Source: an uncultured Candidatus Saccharibacteria bacterium (GTDB taxonomy: Bacteria; Patescibacteriota; Minisyncoccia; Phycocordibacterales; CAIZIN01). Taken from it: DNA of 64,000 bases. Every line of letters begins with the position of its first letter. Positions within the stretch are counted from its first letter, which is position 1. The notes under the pieces were generated by a model. It was given only the letters and a program-made list of their open reading frames with translations. It made no database searches and was not told the DNA's origin. The position numbers were made by a program, and so were the translations under genes. The stretch is from positions 6,560-70,559 of the forward strand of contig CAYWWA010000002.1 of the NCBI GenBank assembly GCA_964462115.1. Reading direction: 5' to 3'. Below are positions 10,309 to 20,419 of the stretch, piece by piece.

Positions 10309-11142
10309 ATGCTTGAAAAAATATATCAAACTGTGGTGATTAATCTTGATAAGGATACTGATCGGATTTTGTTTATGCGACAGCAGTTTGAGCAGCAGGG
10401 GATTAGTTTTGAACGAATTAAAGGGGTGGACGGTCGTCATTATCTACAACTAAACCCACCCGGCACTGTGGGGGCAGAATATGATGAGAGTAAAGCTATT
10501 TTAAAATCTAGATTTGGCACAGCTTTAAGACCTGGAGTTTTGGGTTGTGCACTGGCTCATCAGCAGGCCTATCGGGAGTTTTTAACTAATCCCAGATATC
10601 AGAATGTAAAATTTTTAGTTATCTTTGAAGATGACGTGGTAATAAAAAATAATTTTAAGACAATTTTAGAAGCAGAAATTCAAAAAAATCTTAATCGCGC
10701 CGAAACAAAGCGGTGGAACTGTTTACAGTTTGATTATCCCCAATATAATTTTAATCTTTTTAGTCATTATAGGATGCAATTTAATCTTTTTAAAAAATTT
10801 TCTAAAAATAAATTTAGACGTTTACCTTATTTATTTTTTGCTCCTATTGCAATTTTATTGGAGCAATTACGTGGTTTACTTTTAGGAAAATTTTTTGCTG
10901 GTTCCTATCCTGTTTTTATGAGGGTGCCATCTAACTTAGGTTGCTACGTAATAGATAAAAAATTAGCTAAAAAATTGATAGAAGAAAATAGTCCCATCAT
11001 TAATCTGGCTGATGTCAATACCGATGTGGTTTATCAAAAATACAAAAAAACCACCACACCACTCATCTTTTTTCAATATTTTCCCAGAATTTCATATCAA
11101 GATCATCATCAGTTTTTGTCTTCTTCTAGTCAAATAGGCTAA
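10309..11142 (+). CDS. Glycosyltransferase family 25
   Basis: VINLD...R, GVDG, GVLGCALAH, IFEDD motifs. Confidence 0.85.
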   Translation: MLEKIYQTVVINLDKDTDRILFMRQQFEQQGISFERIKGVDGRHYLQLNPPGTVGAEYDESKAILKSRFGTALRPGVLGCALAHQQAYREFLTNPRYQNVKFLVIFEDDVVIKNNFKTILEAEIQKNLNRAETKRWNCLQFDYPQYNFNLFSHYRMQFNLFKKFSKNKFRRLPYLFFAPIAILLEQLRGLLLGKFFAGSYPVFMRVPSNLGCYVIDKKLAKKLIEENSPIINLADVNTDVVYQKYKKTTTPLIFFQYFPRISYQDHHQFLSSSSQIG

Positions 11143-11213
11143 ATGGGGTATTAAAAGTTTACAAAAATAAAACGCGTTAGAAATTAGATTTACGCGTTCA
11201 TTCATATAAATGA

Positions 11214-11239
11214 CCCTATCTTTTAATTATAGCATATTT
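11214..11239 (-). repeat. 26-bp exact inverted copy of the rplJ promoter/TSS region (partner at 17358-17383)
   Basis: AAATATGCTATAATTAAAAGATAGGG on the minus strand here and on the plus strand at 17358. Confidence 0.85.
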
Positions 11240-11254
11240 TACTTTTTTTGTCAA
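11226..11254 (-). promoter_or_regulatory. Perfect sigma70 promoter with no obvious gene downstream
   Basis: TTGACA-N17-TATAAT with extended TG; followed by a short AACGCGT/ACGCGTT hairpin and T-tract. Confidence 0.7.
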
Positions 11255-11313
11255 GTTTATATTTATATTTTTCCAAGCAAAAACCACTTGTGGTGGTTAT
11301 TTTCTTAGTTTTG

Positions 11314-11386
11314 TGGACCTTAGCGGATTCGAACCGCTGACCTCCTCATTGCAAATGAGGCGCTCTACCAACTAAGCTAAAGGCCC
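11314..11386 (-). tRNA. trnA: tRNA-Ala(TGC)
   Basis: GGGCCTT/AAGGTCC acceptor with G3:U70; CCTCA-TTTGCAA-TGAGG anticodon arm. Confidence 0.96.
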
Positions 11387-11433
11387 AACTTCTAGAGTAT
11401 AACACAAACTCGTTTTTTTGACAAACTAAAAGA

Positions 11434-12756
11434 CTAATTTTTGAGCGGTTGAATTATGGCCTGCCAAATAATTTTTCTCTGGTCTTTCATGGCTGGTAAA
11501 GCCAACAAAACCATCACTGGTAAGATACTGCAAATAATTCTGGTATAAGCCGCACCAATTACCCCAAAGTAATTTACTAAAACAACATTGATAATTACAC
11601 TACTTATTGCTCCCACCATACTATAGAGCATCATCAATTTAAATTGATTTTGTGATAATAGGTGTTGATATAAAATCAATCCAATATAGCTAAAAATAAT
11701 GGACCAAACTACTGTTTGTAAGAGTGAAATTGAAGCTAAATAAGCTTCACCGTAAAGTATGGTAATAGCTGGAGTAGCTGTTAGATAAGTGAAAAATGCT
11801 ATTAGTAAACTCAAATAAAACAAGAGAGAATAATATTTTTTAAGTCGTGATAAAAAAACTTGGTAATTATTACGGGACGAATTCAAGACTGCAGGCAAGA
11901 GGGCGGTAGAAATTGTGCCCAAAATTATTCCCCAGCCGTTACTTAGGGTAGTAGCAACAGTGTAAAATCCGACGTTTTCGGTGGTGGTGAAAGTTTTTAA
12001 AATTAGTTTATCAATTTCTCCACCGACGGTGCCAGTAAAAGCAGCGATGGAAAACGGAATTGAGTTCCAGCATAAAAATTTTACAATATCCTTATTGACT
12101 CTCCATGATAAAATATTATGATAGTGTCTTTGATAAAGAATAATATATCTAATGCTTGTCATCAGACTAAACAAGGCAAAGCTGGCAATGATAAAAGCAA
12201 TATCCAACCCCAATAAGACAATAACAATTCTAGCTAAGGCAAAAATAATTTCCCAAATAGCGTTCATAATAGCCACCGGTTTATTTTTGGCATCAGCTTG
12301 AAACTGCTGGTCAATAAAACTAAATACTCCCCAGATATTTCCAGAGGTGTATAAAATAATTAAGAAAAGCGTAAAGTTGCTCTTGGCCGAAATCAATGAA
12401 GCTAATAATACAATTAAAAAAGCGATTAGATTATTTACTATCTTAATCACTAAAGCTGAACCTAAAATTTCATTTCTTTTTTCTGGTTCAGCATTTAATT
12501 TTTTAACTAATAGTGAATTGGTGACAAAAAGGGAAATATTGAAGACTGCCACAAAACTTAAAATTGTGCTAAATAGACCATAACCTTCTGGGGTTAAGTA
12601 GCGAGCAATTGAGATAGAGGCAATTAGGCTGACGATGGTAGAGCAGAGTTTACAAATAAACATCCAAGAAATATTGGATAAATATTTACGAAAACCGTGA
12701 TGATTATGATATTGATCATAATATTTTTGCCAGATCTGTGTCATCCAAGCCATCAT
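11434..12756 (-). CDS. Wzx-type polysaccharide flippase
   Basis: Many TM segments; IARYLTPEGYG, VGFY..A, GVIGAAY motifs. Confidence 0.85.
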   Translation of the reverse strand: MMAWMTQIWQKYYDQYHNHHGFRKYLSNISWMFICKLCSTIVSLIASISIARYLTPEGYGLFSTILSFVAVFNISLFVTNSLLVKKLNAEPEKRNEILGSALVIKIVNNLIAFLIVLLASLISAKSNFTLFLIILYTSGNIWGVFSFIDQQFQADAKNKPVAIMNAIWEIIFALARIVIVLLGLDIAFIIASFALFSLMTSIRYIILYQRHYHNILSWRVNKDIVKFLCWNSIPFSIAAFTGTVGGEIDKLILKTFTTTENVGFYTVATTLSNGWGIILGTISTALLPAVLNSSRNNYQVFLSRLKKYYSLLFYLSLLIAFFTYLTATPAITILYGEAYLASISLLQTVVWSIIFSYIGLILYQHLLSQNQFKLMMLYSMVGAISSVIINVVLVNYFGVIGAAYTRIICSILPVMVLLALPAMKDQRKIIWQAIIQPLKN

Positions 12757-12827
12757 TTGTTTAGTATAACAAAAAATGCATTTTATGATAAAATATTGAT
12801 AATTTATTTCTTAACTTAAAAAAAGTT

Positions 12828-13253
12828 ATGTCATTATGGATTTGGTGGTTGATAATAATTATCATATTAGTGCTGGTGGAGGTAAGCACAGTCAATTTGG
12901 TTTCTATCTGGTTTGTGATTAGTGGAATTATTTCTTTGCTGTTAAGTTTAATTCCTAGCTTGGCAGATAATTATTTGTTGCAAACTGGCATTTTTGTCAT
13001 CGGTGGAGTTTTCTTTATGTTCCTTACCAAAGATTTTGTCCGAGGAATTAAAATGAATAAAAAGATTCCTACCAACTATGATCGCTTGTTTAATTTAGAG
13101 GGTGAGGTCTTAAATGATTTTGTGGGTAAAAAAGGTGAAGTAAAAATTGATGGAAAAATCTGGTCAGCACATTCTGAACAGGAAATTAAAAAAGGTGATA
13201 TAATAAAAGTGTTAGCGGTGGAAAGCACCAAATTAAAAGTAATTAAAAAATAA
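12828..13253 (+). CDS. NfeD-family membrane protein (OB fold)
   Basis: N-terminal TMs, GEVKIDGKIWSA; adjacent to an SPFH gene. Confidence 0.88.
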   Translation: MSLWIWWLIIIIILVLVEVSTVNLVSIWFVISGIISLLLSLIPSLADNYLLQTGIFVIGGVFFMFLTKDFVRGIKMNKKIPTNYDRLFNLEGEVLNDFVGKKGEVKIDGKIWSAHSEQEIKKGDIIKVLAVESTKLKVIKK

Positions 13254-13256
13254 AAC

Positions 13257-14138
13257 ATGGAACTATTTTTTGTCATATTTATTATTGCGGTTATCTTTAT
13301 TGTTCTCGGAGTTAAGGTTGTGCCTCAATCAGAAAGTTATGTCTTGGAGCGTTTGGGAAGTTATTATGTGACTTGGAGTAATGGTCTACATTTTATGATT
13401 CCTTTGATAGATAAAATTTCTAATAAAATTACTCTAAAAGAGCGTTTGGGTGATTTTCCACCACAGCCAGTAATTACCAAGGATAACGTAACCATGCAAA
13501 TTGATACGGTGGTTTATTTCCAAGTGATTGATCCTAAACTTTATACCTACGGAATTCAAAATCCAATTTCTGCCATCGAAAACTTAACCGCAACAACTTT
13601 ACGTAACATTATTGGAGAGTTGGAACTGGACGAGACTTTGACTTCTCGTGATACTATTAACACTCAGATGCGAGCAATTCTAGATGACGCTACTGATGCT
13701 TGGGGAATCAAAATTAATCGAGTAGAATTAAAAAATATTTTACCTCCTGCTGCGATTCGTGAAGCGATGGAAAAACAAATGCGAGCCGAACGAGAACGAC
13801 GAGAGAAAATTTTACAAGCCGAGGGAGAAAAGAAAAGTCAAATTTTAATCGCTGAAGGTGAAAAGGAAAGTGCAATTTTGCGAGCAGAAGGGGTTAAACA
13901 ATCAAGAATTAAAGAGGCAGAAGGTGAAGCGCAGGCCATTGTGTCTTTGAATCAAGCGGAAGCCAAAGCAATTAATTTAATTAACGAGGCTGATGCTGGT
14001 AAGGCTTTTCTAACTTTGAAAGGATTTGAAGCTTTAGAGAAAGTCGCCAACGGTACAGCTACTAAGATAATTGTGCCAAGCAACCTACAAGATATCACTT
14101 CTTGGACTTCGTTGGTGGGAGATGTGCTAAAAAAATAA
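13257..14138 (+). CDS. SPFH/stomatin (QmcA-like) protein
   Basis: ERLG, VITKDNV, TTLRNIIG, WGIKINRVE, QMRAERE. Confidence 0.93.
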   Translation: MELFFVIFIIAVIFIVLGVKVVPQSESYVLERLGSYYVTWSNGLHFMIPLIDKISNKITLKERLGDFPPQPVITKDNVTMQIDTVVYFQVIDPKLYTYGIQNPISAIENLTATTLRNIIGELELDETLTSRDTINTQMRAILDDATDAWGIKINRVELKNILPPAAIREAMEKQMRAERERREKILQAEGEKKSQILIAEGEKESAILRAEGVKQSRIKEAEGEAQAIVSLNQAEAKAINLINEADAGKAFLTLKGFEALEKVANGTATKIIVPSNLQDITSWTSLVGDVLKK

Positions 14139-14148
14139 AAGACTGGTA

Positions 14149-14191
14149 GAAAATAAGGCGGAAATCGCAAAGCGATTTCTGCCTTATTTTT
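14149..14191 (+). terminator. Intrinsic terminator
   Basis: AAAATAAGGCGGAAATCGC-AAA-GCGATTTCTGCCTTATTTTT. Confidence 0.8.
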
Positions 14192-14227
14192 ATGGATTTT
14201 TTCTCAAAAATATGCTATAATATATAG

Positions 14228-14791
14228 ATGGATAGAATTAGAAATTTTTCAATTATCGCTCATATTGATCATGGAAAATCAACTTTGGCTGATAGAATGT
14301 TGGAAATTACCCATACTGTAGAAGCGCGCAAAATGCACGATCGGGTTTTAGATGACATGGAGTTAGAACAAGAGCGAGGAATCACTATTAAAATGCGACC
14401 GGTGCGAATGGAGTTTCTGAGTAAACGTGATCAACAAAAATATATTCTTAATTTGATTGATACTCCCGGACACATAGATTTTTATTATGAAGTATCGCGC
14501 GCGCTCAAGGCGGTGGAGGGAAGTGTGCTTTTAGTAGATGCAACTCAGGGGGTTCAAGCTCAAACTTTAACCACCTTACAAATGGCTCGTGATGGTGGTC
14601 TAACTATTATCCCTGTGATCACCAAAATCGATTCTCCGATTGCCAACGTGGAAGAAACTAAATTAGAAATTATGCAGTTGCTTAATTGTGAAGAGAAAGA
14701 AATTATTGCCGTCTCCGGTAAAACTGGTGAAAATGTAGAATTTTTATTGGAGGAAATCTGCACCCGAGTCCCAGCTCCCAAAAAAATTTAA
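14228..14791 (+). CDS. lepA: Elongation factor 4 (LepA), G domain only (187 aa)
   Basis: RNFSIIAHIDHGKSTLADR, ERGITIK, LIDTPGH, QGVQAQT, KID, VSGKTG; stops just after VPAP; domains II to CTD not seen in the window. Confidence 0.9.
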   Translation: MDRIRNFSIIAHIDHGKSTLADRMLEITHTVEARKMHDRVLDDMELEQERGITIKMRPVRMEFLSKRDQQKYILNLIDTPGHIDFYYEVSRALKAVEGSVLLVDATQGVQAQTLTTLQMARDGGLTIIPVITKIDSPIANVEETKLEIMQLLNCEEKEIIAVSGKTGENVEFLLEEICTRVPAPKKI

Positions 14792-16332
14792 TGAAAAGTA
14801 TTGTCGCTAAAAAAATAAAATATAGCTTGTGGAACGAAATTGTAGGAGAAAAAGAAATTTTGAAAGAGGTAAGTTTTAAGTGCGATCAAAACGAACGGCT
14901 TTGTATTTTTGGTGAAAATGGCGCTGGTAAATCTACTTTGTTGAAAATTTTAGACGCAAGGATTGGCGATGGCGAGTCTGAAATTTTAAGTGGCAGCATT
15001 GAAAAAACTGGTCATGTGCGGACTTTTTACGTGGGCCAAGAATTTGATCAAAATTTTTTACAAAAAAATATTGGAGCATACGTGGAGGTGCTGGCAGGTA
15101 AAAGTTTATATAAAAAAGTTTTTGATTATGGGCGATTGTTGGGTTTTGATTTAGAAAAAAATTCGGAAAAACTTTGCAGCGAGCTTTCAGGTGGACAACA
15201 AAAGATTTTAGTGCTATCAGTGGCGTTTGCGATTTGTCCAGATTTCTTATTTTTAGATGAACCAGAAAACCATTTAGACATTGTCTCCAGAACTGAGTTA
15301 ATGGGAATGATGGCGGATTTTTCGGGAGGAATCATTTTTGTTTCGCATGATCGACTTTTGATTGATTCGGTTGTGACAAAAATTGGAGAGTTAGTTGGTG
15401 GTGTCATGTATATATCGGAAGGTAATTATGATGACTATATTGCCAAGAAAACCGAACGACTAGAAACAGCTCAAGATTCGTATGATAAAATCTCCAAAAG
15501 AATTAAAACTTTACAAGCGATGTTGGTGATTTTAAAAAAGAAAGCTATACGGAGTAATGGACAATCAGCTTATCACCGTGCTCTAAATGAATTGGAGGAG
15601 TTACGTAGAGAGCATGGTCAAGTAGAACGGCCAAGAGATAAAAAAACTAAAATTAATTTATCCTTAGATAATAATAATTTTCATCACGGTCGCCGTCTGT
15701 GGCAGATGAAAAACGGTGGTTTTAAATTTGAAAATATGAAGCATCGGATTTTTGGTGAGACAGATTTAGAAATTCGCTCTGGTGACAGAATTGTCCTCCT
15801 TGGCAGGAACGGAAAAGGGAAAACTACTTTCTTGAGGTGTTTAACTGGTGAAACTCAAATGCTAAGTGGTGAATCTATTTGGGCAGATAAGACTGCTTGG
15901 TCATATTTTGACCAGCACTGTGCCTTTGCTGCTGATCAAACCCCAATCAAAATTGTGCAAGAGAAATTGGCTTGCGGTGAAACAGACGCTAAAGCGGCGC
16001 TGGGTATGATGAAGTTTGATGACAAAAAAATGATTACTAAGGTTGGCCAACTGTCGGGTGGTGAACGAATGCGAATTCGGTTTGCGTTAGCTTTTGGTAA
16101 GAAACCAGATTTAATCATTTTAGACGAACCGACCAACCATATTGACGAAATCACTTGGGAGATTTTAGTAGCCGCTTTAGATGAAACCAAGAGCGCTGTT
16201 TTGTTAGTGACTCATGATTATGAGTTTATTGAAGAGTTTGAACCAAGCAAGTATTGGACTTTTTCTACTGACAACAAAGTGCTAGAGCGACATAAAACTT
16301 TAGATGAGCTTTTAGATGAAATGAGGGGTTAA
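14791..16332 (+). CDS. ABC-F family ATPase
   Basis: Two NBDs (GENGAGKST/LSGGQ/LDEPENHLD; GRNGKGKTT/LSGGE/LDEPTNHID), coiled linker, no TM segments. Confidence 0.9.
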   Translation: MKSIVAKKIKYSLWNEIVGEKEILKEVSFKCDQNERLCIFGENGAGKSTLLKILDARIGDGESEILSGSIEKTGHVRTFYVGQEFDQNFLQKNIGAYVEVLAGKSLYKKVFDYGRLLGFDLEKNSEKLCSELSGGQQKILVLSVAFAICPDFLFLDEPENHLDIVSRTELMGMMADFSGGIIFVSHDRLLIDSVVTKIGELVGGVMYISEGNYDDYIAKKTERLETAQDSYDKISKRIKTLQAMLVILKKKAIRSNGQSAYHRALNELEELRREHGQVERPRDKKTKINLSLDNNNFHHGRRLWQMKNGGFKFENMKHRIFGETDLEIRSGDRIVLLGRNGKGKTTFLRCLTGETQMLSGESIWADKTAWSYFDQHCAFAADQTPIKIVQEKLACGETDAKAALGMMKFDDKKMITKVGQLSGGERMRIRFALAFGKKPDLIILDEPTNHIDEITWEILVAALDETKSAVLLVTHDYEFIEEFEPSKYWTFSTDNKVLERHKTLDELLDEMRG

Positions 16333-16372
16333 AAAATTTAGCTAAAATCTTAAAATAAGTTATAATTGACCG

Positions 16373-16999
16373 ATGTCTTGGTTGAATGAATTAATGACTT
16401 ATTTAGATCCAGAATTTTTGATCACTACTTTCGGTGCAATTGGGTTATGGTTAATTGTCTTTGCTGAAAGTGGGTTATTTTTTGGATTCTTCTTACCAGG
16501 AGACTCCTTACTTTTTGCAGCCGGTATTCTATCTCATTTTTTTTCAATTCCATTTTGGATATTGGTAATCTTGTTGTGTGTGGCGGCTATTTTAGGTGAC
16601 ACTGTTGGTTTTTGGTTTGGCCAAAAGGTTGGTCCCAAAATTTTCTGCAAAGAAGATGGTCTGTTTTTTAAAAAAAAATATGCCGAAGAAGCACAAAAGT
16701 TTTTTGAACATCATGGACACAAAGCTATTTTTTTAGCTCGGTTTATTCCTATAGTGAGAACCTTTACGCCAATCGTGGCTGGAGTGGGGAATATGCCCTA
16801 CCGTATTTTCTTAACTTATAACATTGTTGGTGGAATTGTTTGGACGGTTGGCTTTACTTCAGCTGGATACTTTTTAGGTAATAGTTTTCCTCAAATCAAA
16901 GATAATTTAGAATTAGCGATTGTGATAATAATCTTTGTTTCTATTTTACCAGTAGCTTGGGAATTTTTTAAACATAAAAAGCAGCAAAAAAATCATTGA
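16373..16999 (+). CDS. dedA: DedA family membrane protein
   Basis: FAESGLFFGFFLPGDSLLF, ARFIPIVRTF. Confidence 0.93.
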   Translation: MSWLNELMTYLDPEFLITTFGAIGLWLIVFAESGLFFGFFLPGDSLLFAAGILSHFFSIPFWILVILLCVAAILGDTVGFWFGQKVGPKIFCKEDGLFFKKKYAEEAQKFFEHHGHKAIFLARFIPIVRTFTPIVAGVGNMPYRIFLTYNIVGGIVWTVGFTSAGYFLGNSFPQIKDNLELAIVIIIFVSILPVAWEFFKHKKQQKNH

Positions 17000-17071
17000 T
17001 TTTTTCTATATTTTATGATATAAAATAGTTTGATTGTTTTTTCTTAAATTGCTAAAGAAAGGTAGTAAGTT

Positions 17072-17284
17072 ATGAATCAAAGTATTGATAGTACAGCACA
17101 CGAAAATCTATACGCTTCACTGGGCGATACACCCAGAAACCGCGGGGCGGCGGAACGCCTTCAGCGAACAATCACTGACCCGAATTTGCGCAGAATCATC
17201 CCGATGGATGACTCTAACGCAGCGGCCTATTCAAGTATTTTGAGCGCCGTGGAGGAGCGAAATCGGTCTCTCAATGACTGGTAG
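17072..17284 (+). CDS. Small hypothetical protein (70 aa)
   Basis: SD-like GAAAGG; locally higher GC; downstream hairpins. Confidence 0.55.
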   Translation: MNQSIDSTAHENLYASLGDTPRNRGAAERLQRTITDPNLRRIIPMDDSNAAAYSSILSAVEERNRSLNDW

Positions 17285-17342
17285 CCTCACAAAAGCTGGG
17301 GCTTTAATAAACTTGTGCGGGAGACCACTCCCGCTTTTTTTC

Positions 17343-17371
17343 TTGCATTTTTAAATCAAATATGCTATAAT
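17343..17371 (+). promoter_or_regulatory. rplJ promoter
   Basis: TTGCAT-N17-TATAAT with extended TG. Confidence 0.8.
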
Positions 17372-17380
17372 TAAAAGATA

Positions 17381-17490
17381 GGGCCAAAGAAATGGGGTAG
17401 CTGAAAAGCATAATTATCCTCACGAGGTTCGCAAAAAGTTAAAACTTTTTGCATACTCTGATCAAAGCGGCCTTACAAAAGGTCGCTTAT
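17381..17490 (+). ncRNA. L10 leader (autoregulatory RNA)
   Basis: CCAAAGA...GGGG...TAATTATCCTCACGAGG resembles the L10-leader kink-turn mimic; followed by hairpins; directly upstream of rplJ. Confidence 0.7.
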
Positions 17491-17512
17491 TATTATATCA
17501 AGGCAAAAAAAT

Positions 17513-18010
17513 ATGCCAATCAATAAAAGTAAAAAAACAGAAATTTACAACAAGTTAGTTGATGCAAGCAAAGTTGCTCAATCTTGGACTTTTGTAAAAT
17601 TTAACGGCTTAACCGTAGCAGATTCAACTGCTATGCGAAAAGAGCTACGCGAGAAAAATGTAAAATATTTTGTCGCCAAAAAAGCAATTGCTGCTAAGGC
17701 ACTTGCAGAGGCAAAATTTGAAGGAGCACTTCCAGAACTTCCGGGAGAAATTGCATTTGCTTGGAGTGAGGATGCTTTAGCATCTGCACAGGGGGTAAAT
17801 GAATTTGTAAAGAAATTTGCAGATAGGGTTTCAATCGTAGGTGGAGTGTTTGAAGGGAAATATCAAGACGCTATTGCAATGAACGCAATCGCCAATATTC
17901 CTCCACTTCAGACTTTGCGAGGAATGTTTGTCAATATTATCAATTCACCAATCCAGCGATTTGCTATGGTGTTGAGTGAAGTGGCAAAGAAAAAAGAGAC
18001 AACTGCTTAA
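17513..18010 (+). CDS. rplJ: 50S ribosomal protein uL10
   Basis: GLTV...RKELR, VAKK, IVGGVFEG; upstream of rplL. Confidence 0.93.
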   Translation: MPINKSKKTEIYNKLVDASKVAQSWTFVKFNGLTVADSTAMRKELREKNVKYFVAKKAIAAKALAEAKFEGALPELPGEIAFAWSEDALASAQGVNEFVKKFADRVSIVGGVFEGKYQDAIAMNAIANIPPLQTLRGMFVNIINSPIQRFAMVLSEVAKKKETTA

Positions 18011-18074
18011 TCTTACGAGCTTAGACTTGTAAAAAGTGTTGTAATAATTATTAAAAATTAATTTAAACAAAAAA

Positions 18075-18467
18075 ATGGAAGAAAATAAAGTTGTAGAAGT
18101 TCCTGCAAAATTCAAAACAATTGTAGAAGCAATTGATGGATTGACAGTTTTGGAACTACATGAATTAGTAAAAATCTTTGAAGAAAAATTCGGAGTATCA
18201 GCTGCTGCCGCTGTAGCAGCAGCTCCAGCTGCTGCTGGTGCTGCCGCTGAAGAAAAAACAGAATTCGATGTTAATTTAACTGACGTTGGAGCTGGAAAGG
18301 TTGCAGTTATCAAGGCAATCAAAGAAGCTTTAGGTCTTGGATTAGGTGAAGCAAAGGCTTTAGTTGATGCTGCTCCTGGACCACTTAAGGCCGGTATGAA
18401 AAAAGAAGAAGCTGAAGCTTTGAAAAAAGCAGTTGAAGCTGCTGGTGGAAAAGTAGAATTGAAATAA
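18075..18467 (+). CDS. rplL: 50S ribosomal protein bL12
   Basis: [32 protein letters not shown]. Confidence 0.98.
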   Translation: MEENKVVEVPAKFKTIVEAIDGLTVLELHELVKIFEEKFGVSAAAAVAAAPAAAGAAAEEKTEFDVNLTDVGAGKVAVIKAIKEALGLGLGEAKALVDAAPGPLKAGMKKEEAEALKKAVEAAGGKVELK

Positions 18468-18485
18468 GACGTTTTCGCTTCAAAT

Positions 18486-18518
18486 AAAAAAACTACCATG
18501 TAACGTGGTGGTTTTTTG
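18486..18518 (+). terminator. Intrinsic terminator after rplL
   Basis: AAAAAACTACCATG-TAA-CGTGGTGGTTTTTT. Confidence 0.75.
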
Positions 18519-18547
18519 TATTGGTGGTATGATGGGAGCAAATAATT

Positions 18548-20334
18548 ATGAACTCGGACTTGAAAAATAAAACATTTACTAACTGGCAAATATGTAAAAA
18601 GTTTTTTTCTGTCTTATTTGCTAGGTATAAAATAATTTGGATATTGGTTTTTGTTGGGGTTGGAATACACCGTGTTTTGAGTTTTGTGCCAGATTATTTA
18701 GTAAAACTTGGAATCGATAAGGGAAGTGAATTTATTGGTGGAATTCTAAGCAAAAATGATTATATAGAATATTTACTACTTCTAATTATAATTTATTTTG
18801 TGGCGATGTTTTTTCAAACCACGTTGGGATTAGTAAAAGATCGGGTCTATTTTATCTATCTACGTAAACAGGCAGTAGAGTTGAAACAAAAACTTTATTC
18901 ACACTTACTAGACTTGGATCATAAATTTTGGACAAAAACCCATAATGGATCTATCTTTTCAGCACAGAGTCGTGGAATCAATTCATTTTCAATGCAGACT
19001 AATATTTTTATTCAACGCTTATTGCCTCAAGTAATTTCTCTTATCACTTCTGTTATTATTATTGTGGTCATCGTAAAAGCCGCTTTATTAATAGCAGTTC
19101 TGGTCATAGCGATAATGTTTATCTGGTCTTATTGGCTACAACAAAAGATTACTAAAATAGTTAAAAAGAGAAACGAAGCTGCTGATAAAGAAACTGGTTT
19201 CTTTGCTGATGGTATTACTAACGTTCAAGCAATCAAAAATTTTGGTAAAGAAAGTTTTATGATGAAGCTGTATAAACTTTTAATTGATGATACTGAAAGT
19301 AAAAATCTAGAAATTAATGCTAAATATGTTTTAATGCAAGTTCTTAATGGTCTGATGAATGACACTGGAGTTGGTTTAATTTTAGTAGTTTCTTTTTGGG
19401 GATTTTTGAATGGAGAAATAAGTATTGGCTCACTGTTTTTTGTTTATGCTTCCGCCTCTCAACTAATTAATAGTTTTTCAGCTTTGAATTATACTTATCA
19501 AGATTTGGCGCAACATTTTGCTCATATGGATAAAATGTTTGTGTTGTTGGAACAAAAAGCTGAAATTATTGATGACAAAAATGCCACTGAGCTAAAAGTA
19601 AGCGAAGGAAATATAAAATTTGAGGAAATAACTTTTGGGTACAATGAAGACAGAAAAATTTTTAATCAATTATCTTTAAATATTTTACCAGGAGAAAGGT
19701 GGCTTTCGTCGGTGAGACCGGTGTAGGTAAAACAACCTTAATCAATTTAATTTATCGTTTGTATGATTTAGATAGTGGTCGGATTTTAATTGATGGGCAA
19801 GATATTAAAAAAGTAAAACAAAGCTCACTGCATAATGCAATGTCAATTGTGCCACAGGAAACAGTTTTGTTTAATGATACAATTTTTAACAATATTGCTT
19901 TCTCTAATCCAGAAGCCACAAAGGAGGAGGTTTGGCAAGCAATTAGCTTTGCTCAACTAGATAATTTTATCAATAATCTGAAAGATAAGGAAAATACATT
20001 GGTAGGAGAGCGGGGGATAAAATTATCGGGTGGCGAAAAACAACGAGTCTCGGTTGCACGAGCAATTTTAGCAAATAAGAAAATTTTAATTTTAGATGAG
20101 GCCACTTCATCACTTGATTCACAAACCGAAAAAGAGCTTTCTGATGACTTGCAAAAACTAATGAAGGGCAGGACCTCTATCATTATTGCTCACCGCCTTT
20201 CAACCATTATGGATGCGGATAAAATCGTGGTATTAAAAGATGGAAAAATTGCAGAAATTGGAAAGCACCTTGAGCTATTAGAACAGACGACTATTTATGC
20301 TAAATTATGGCATTCGCAATTTAGGATTAGTTAG
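18548..20334 (+). pseudogene. ABC exporter (TMD plus NBD) broken by a -1 frameshift near 19695
   Basis: ORF 18548-19726 (6 TMs plus NBD start ...ILPGE) continues in the -1 frame as VAFVGETGVGKT...LSGGE...LDEATS; adding one A in GAAAGGTG restores GEKVAF. Confidence 0.8.
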
Positions 20335-20419
20335 TAAAAAGCTTATCAGATATAATTGGGTAATAAACTACTACAAAAAATTTGACAAAAATTAGTTTTT
20401 AACTATACTGGGTAGCCAG

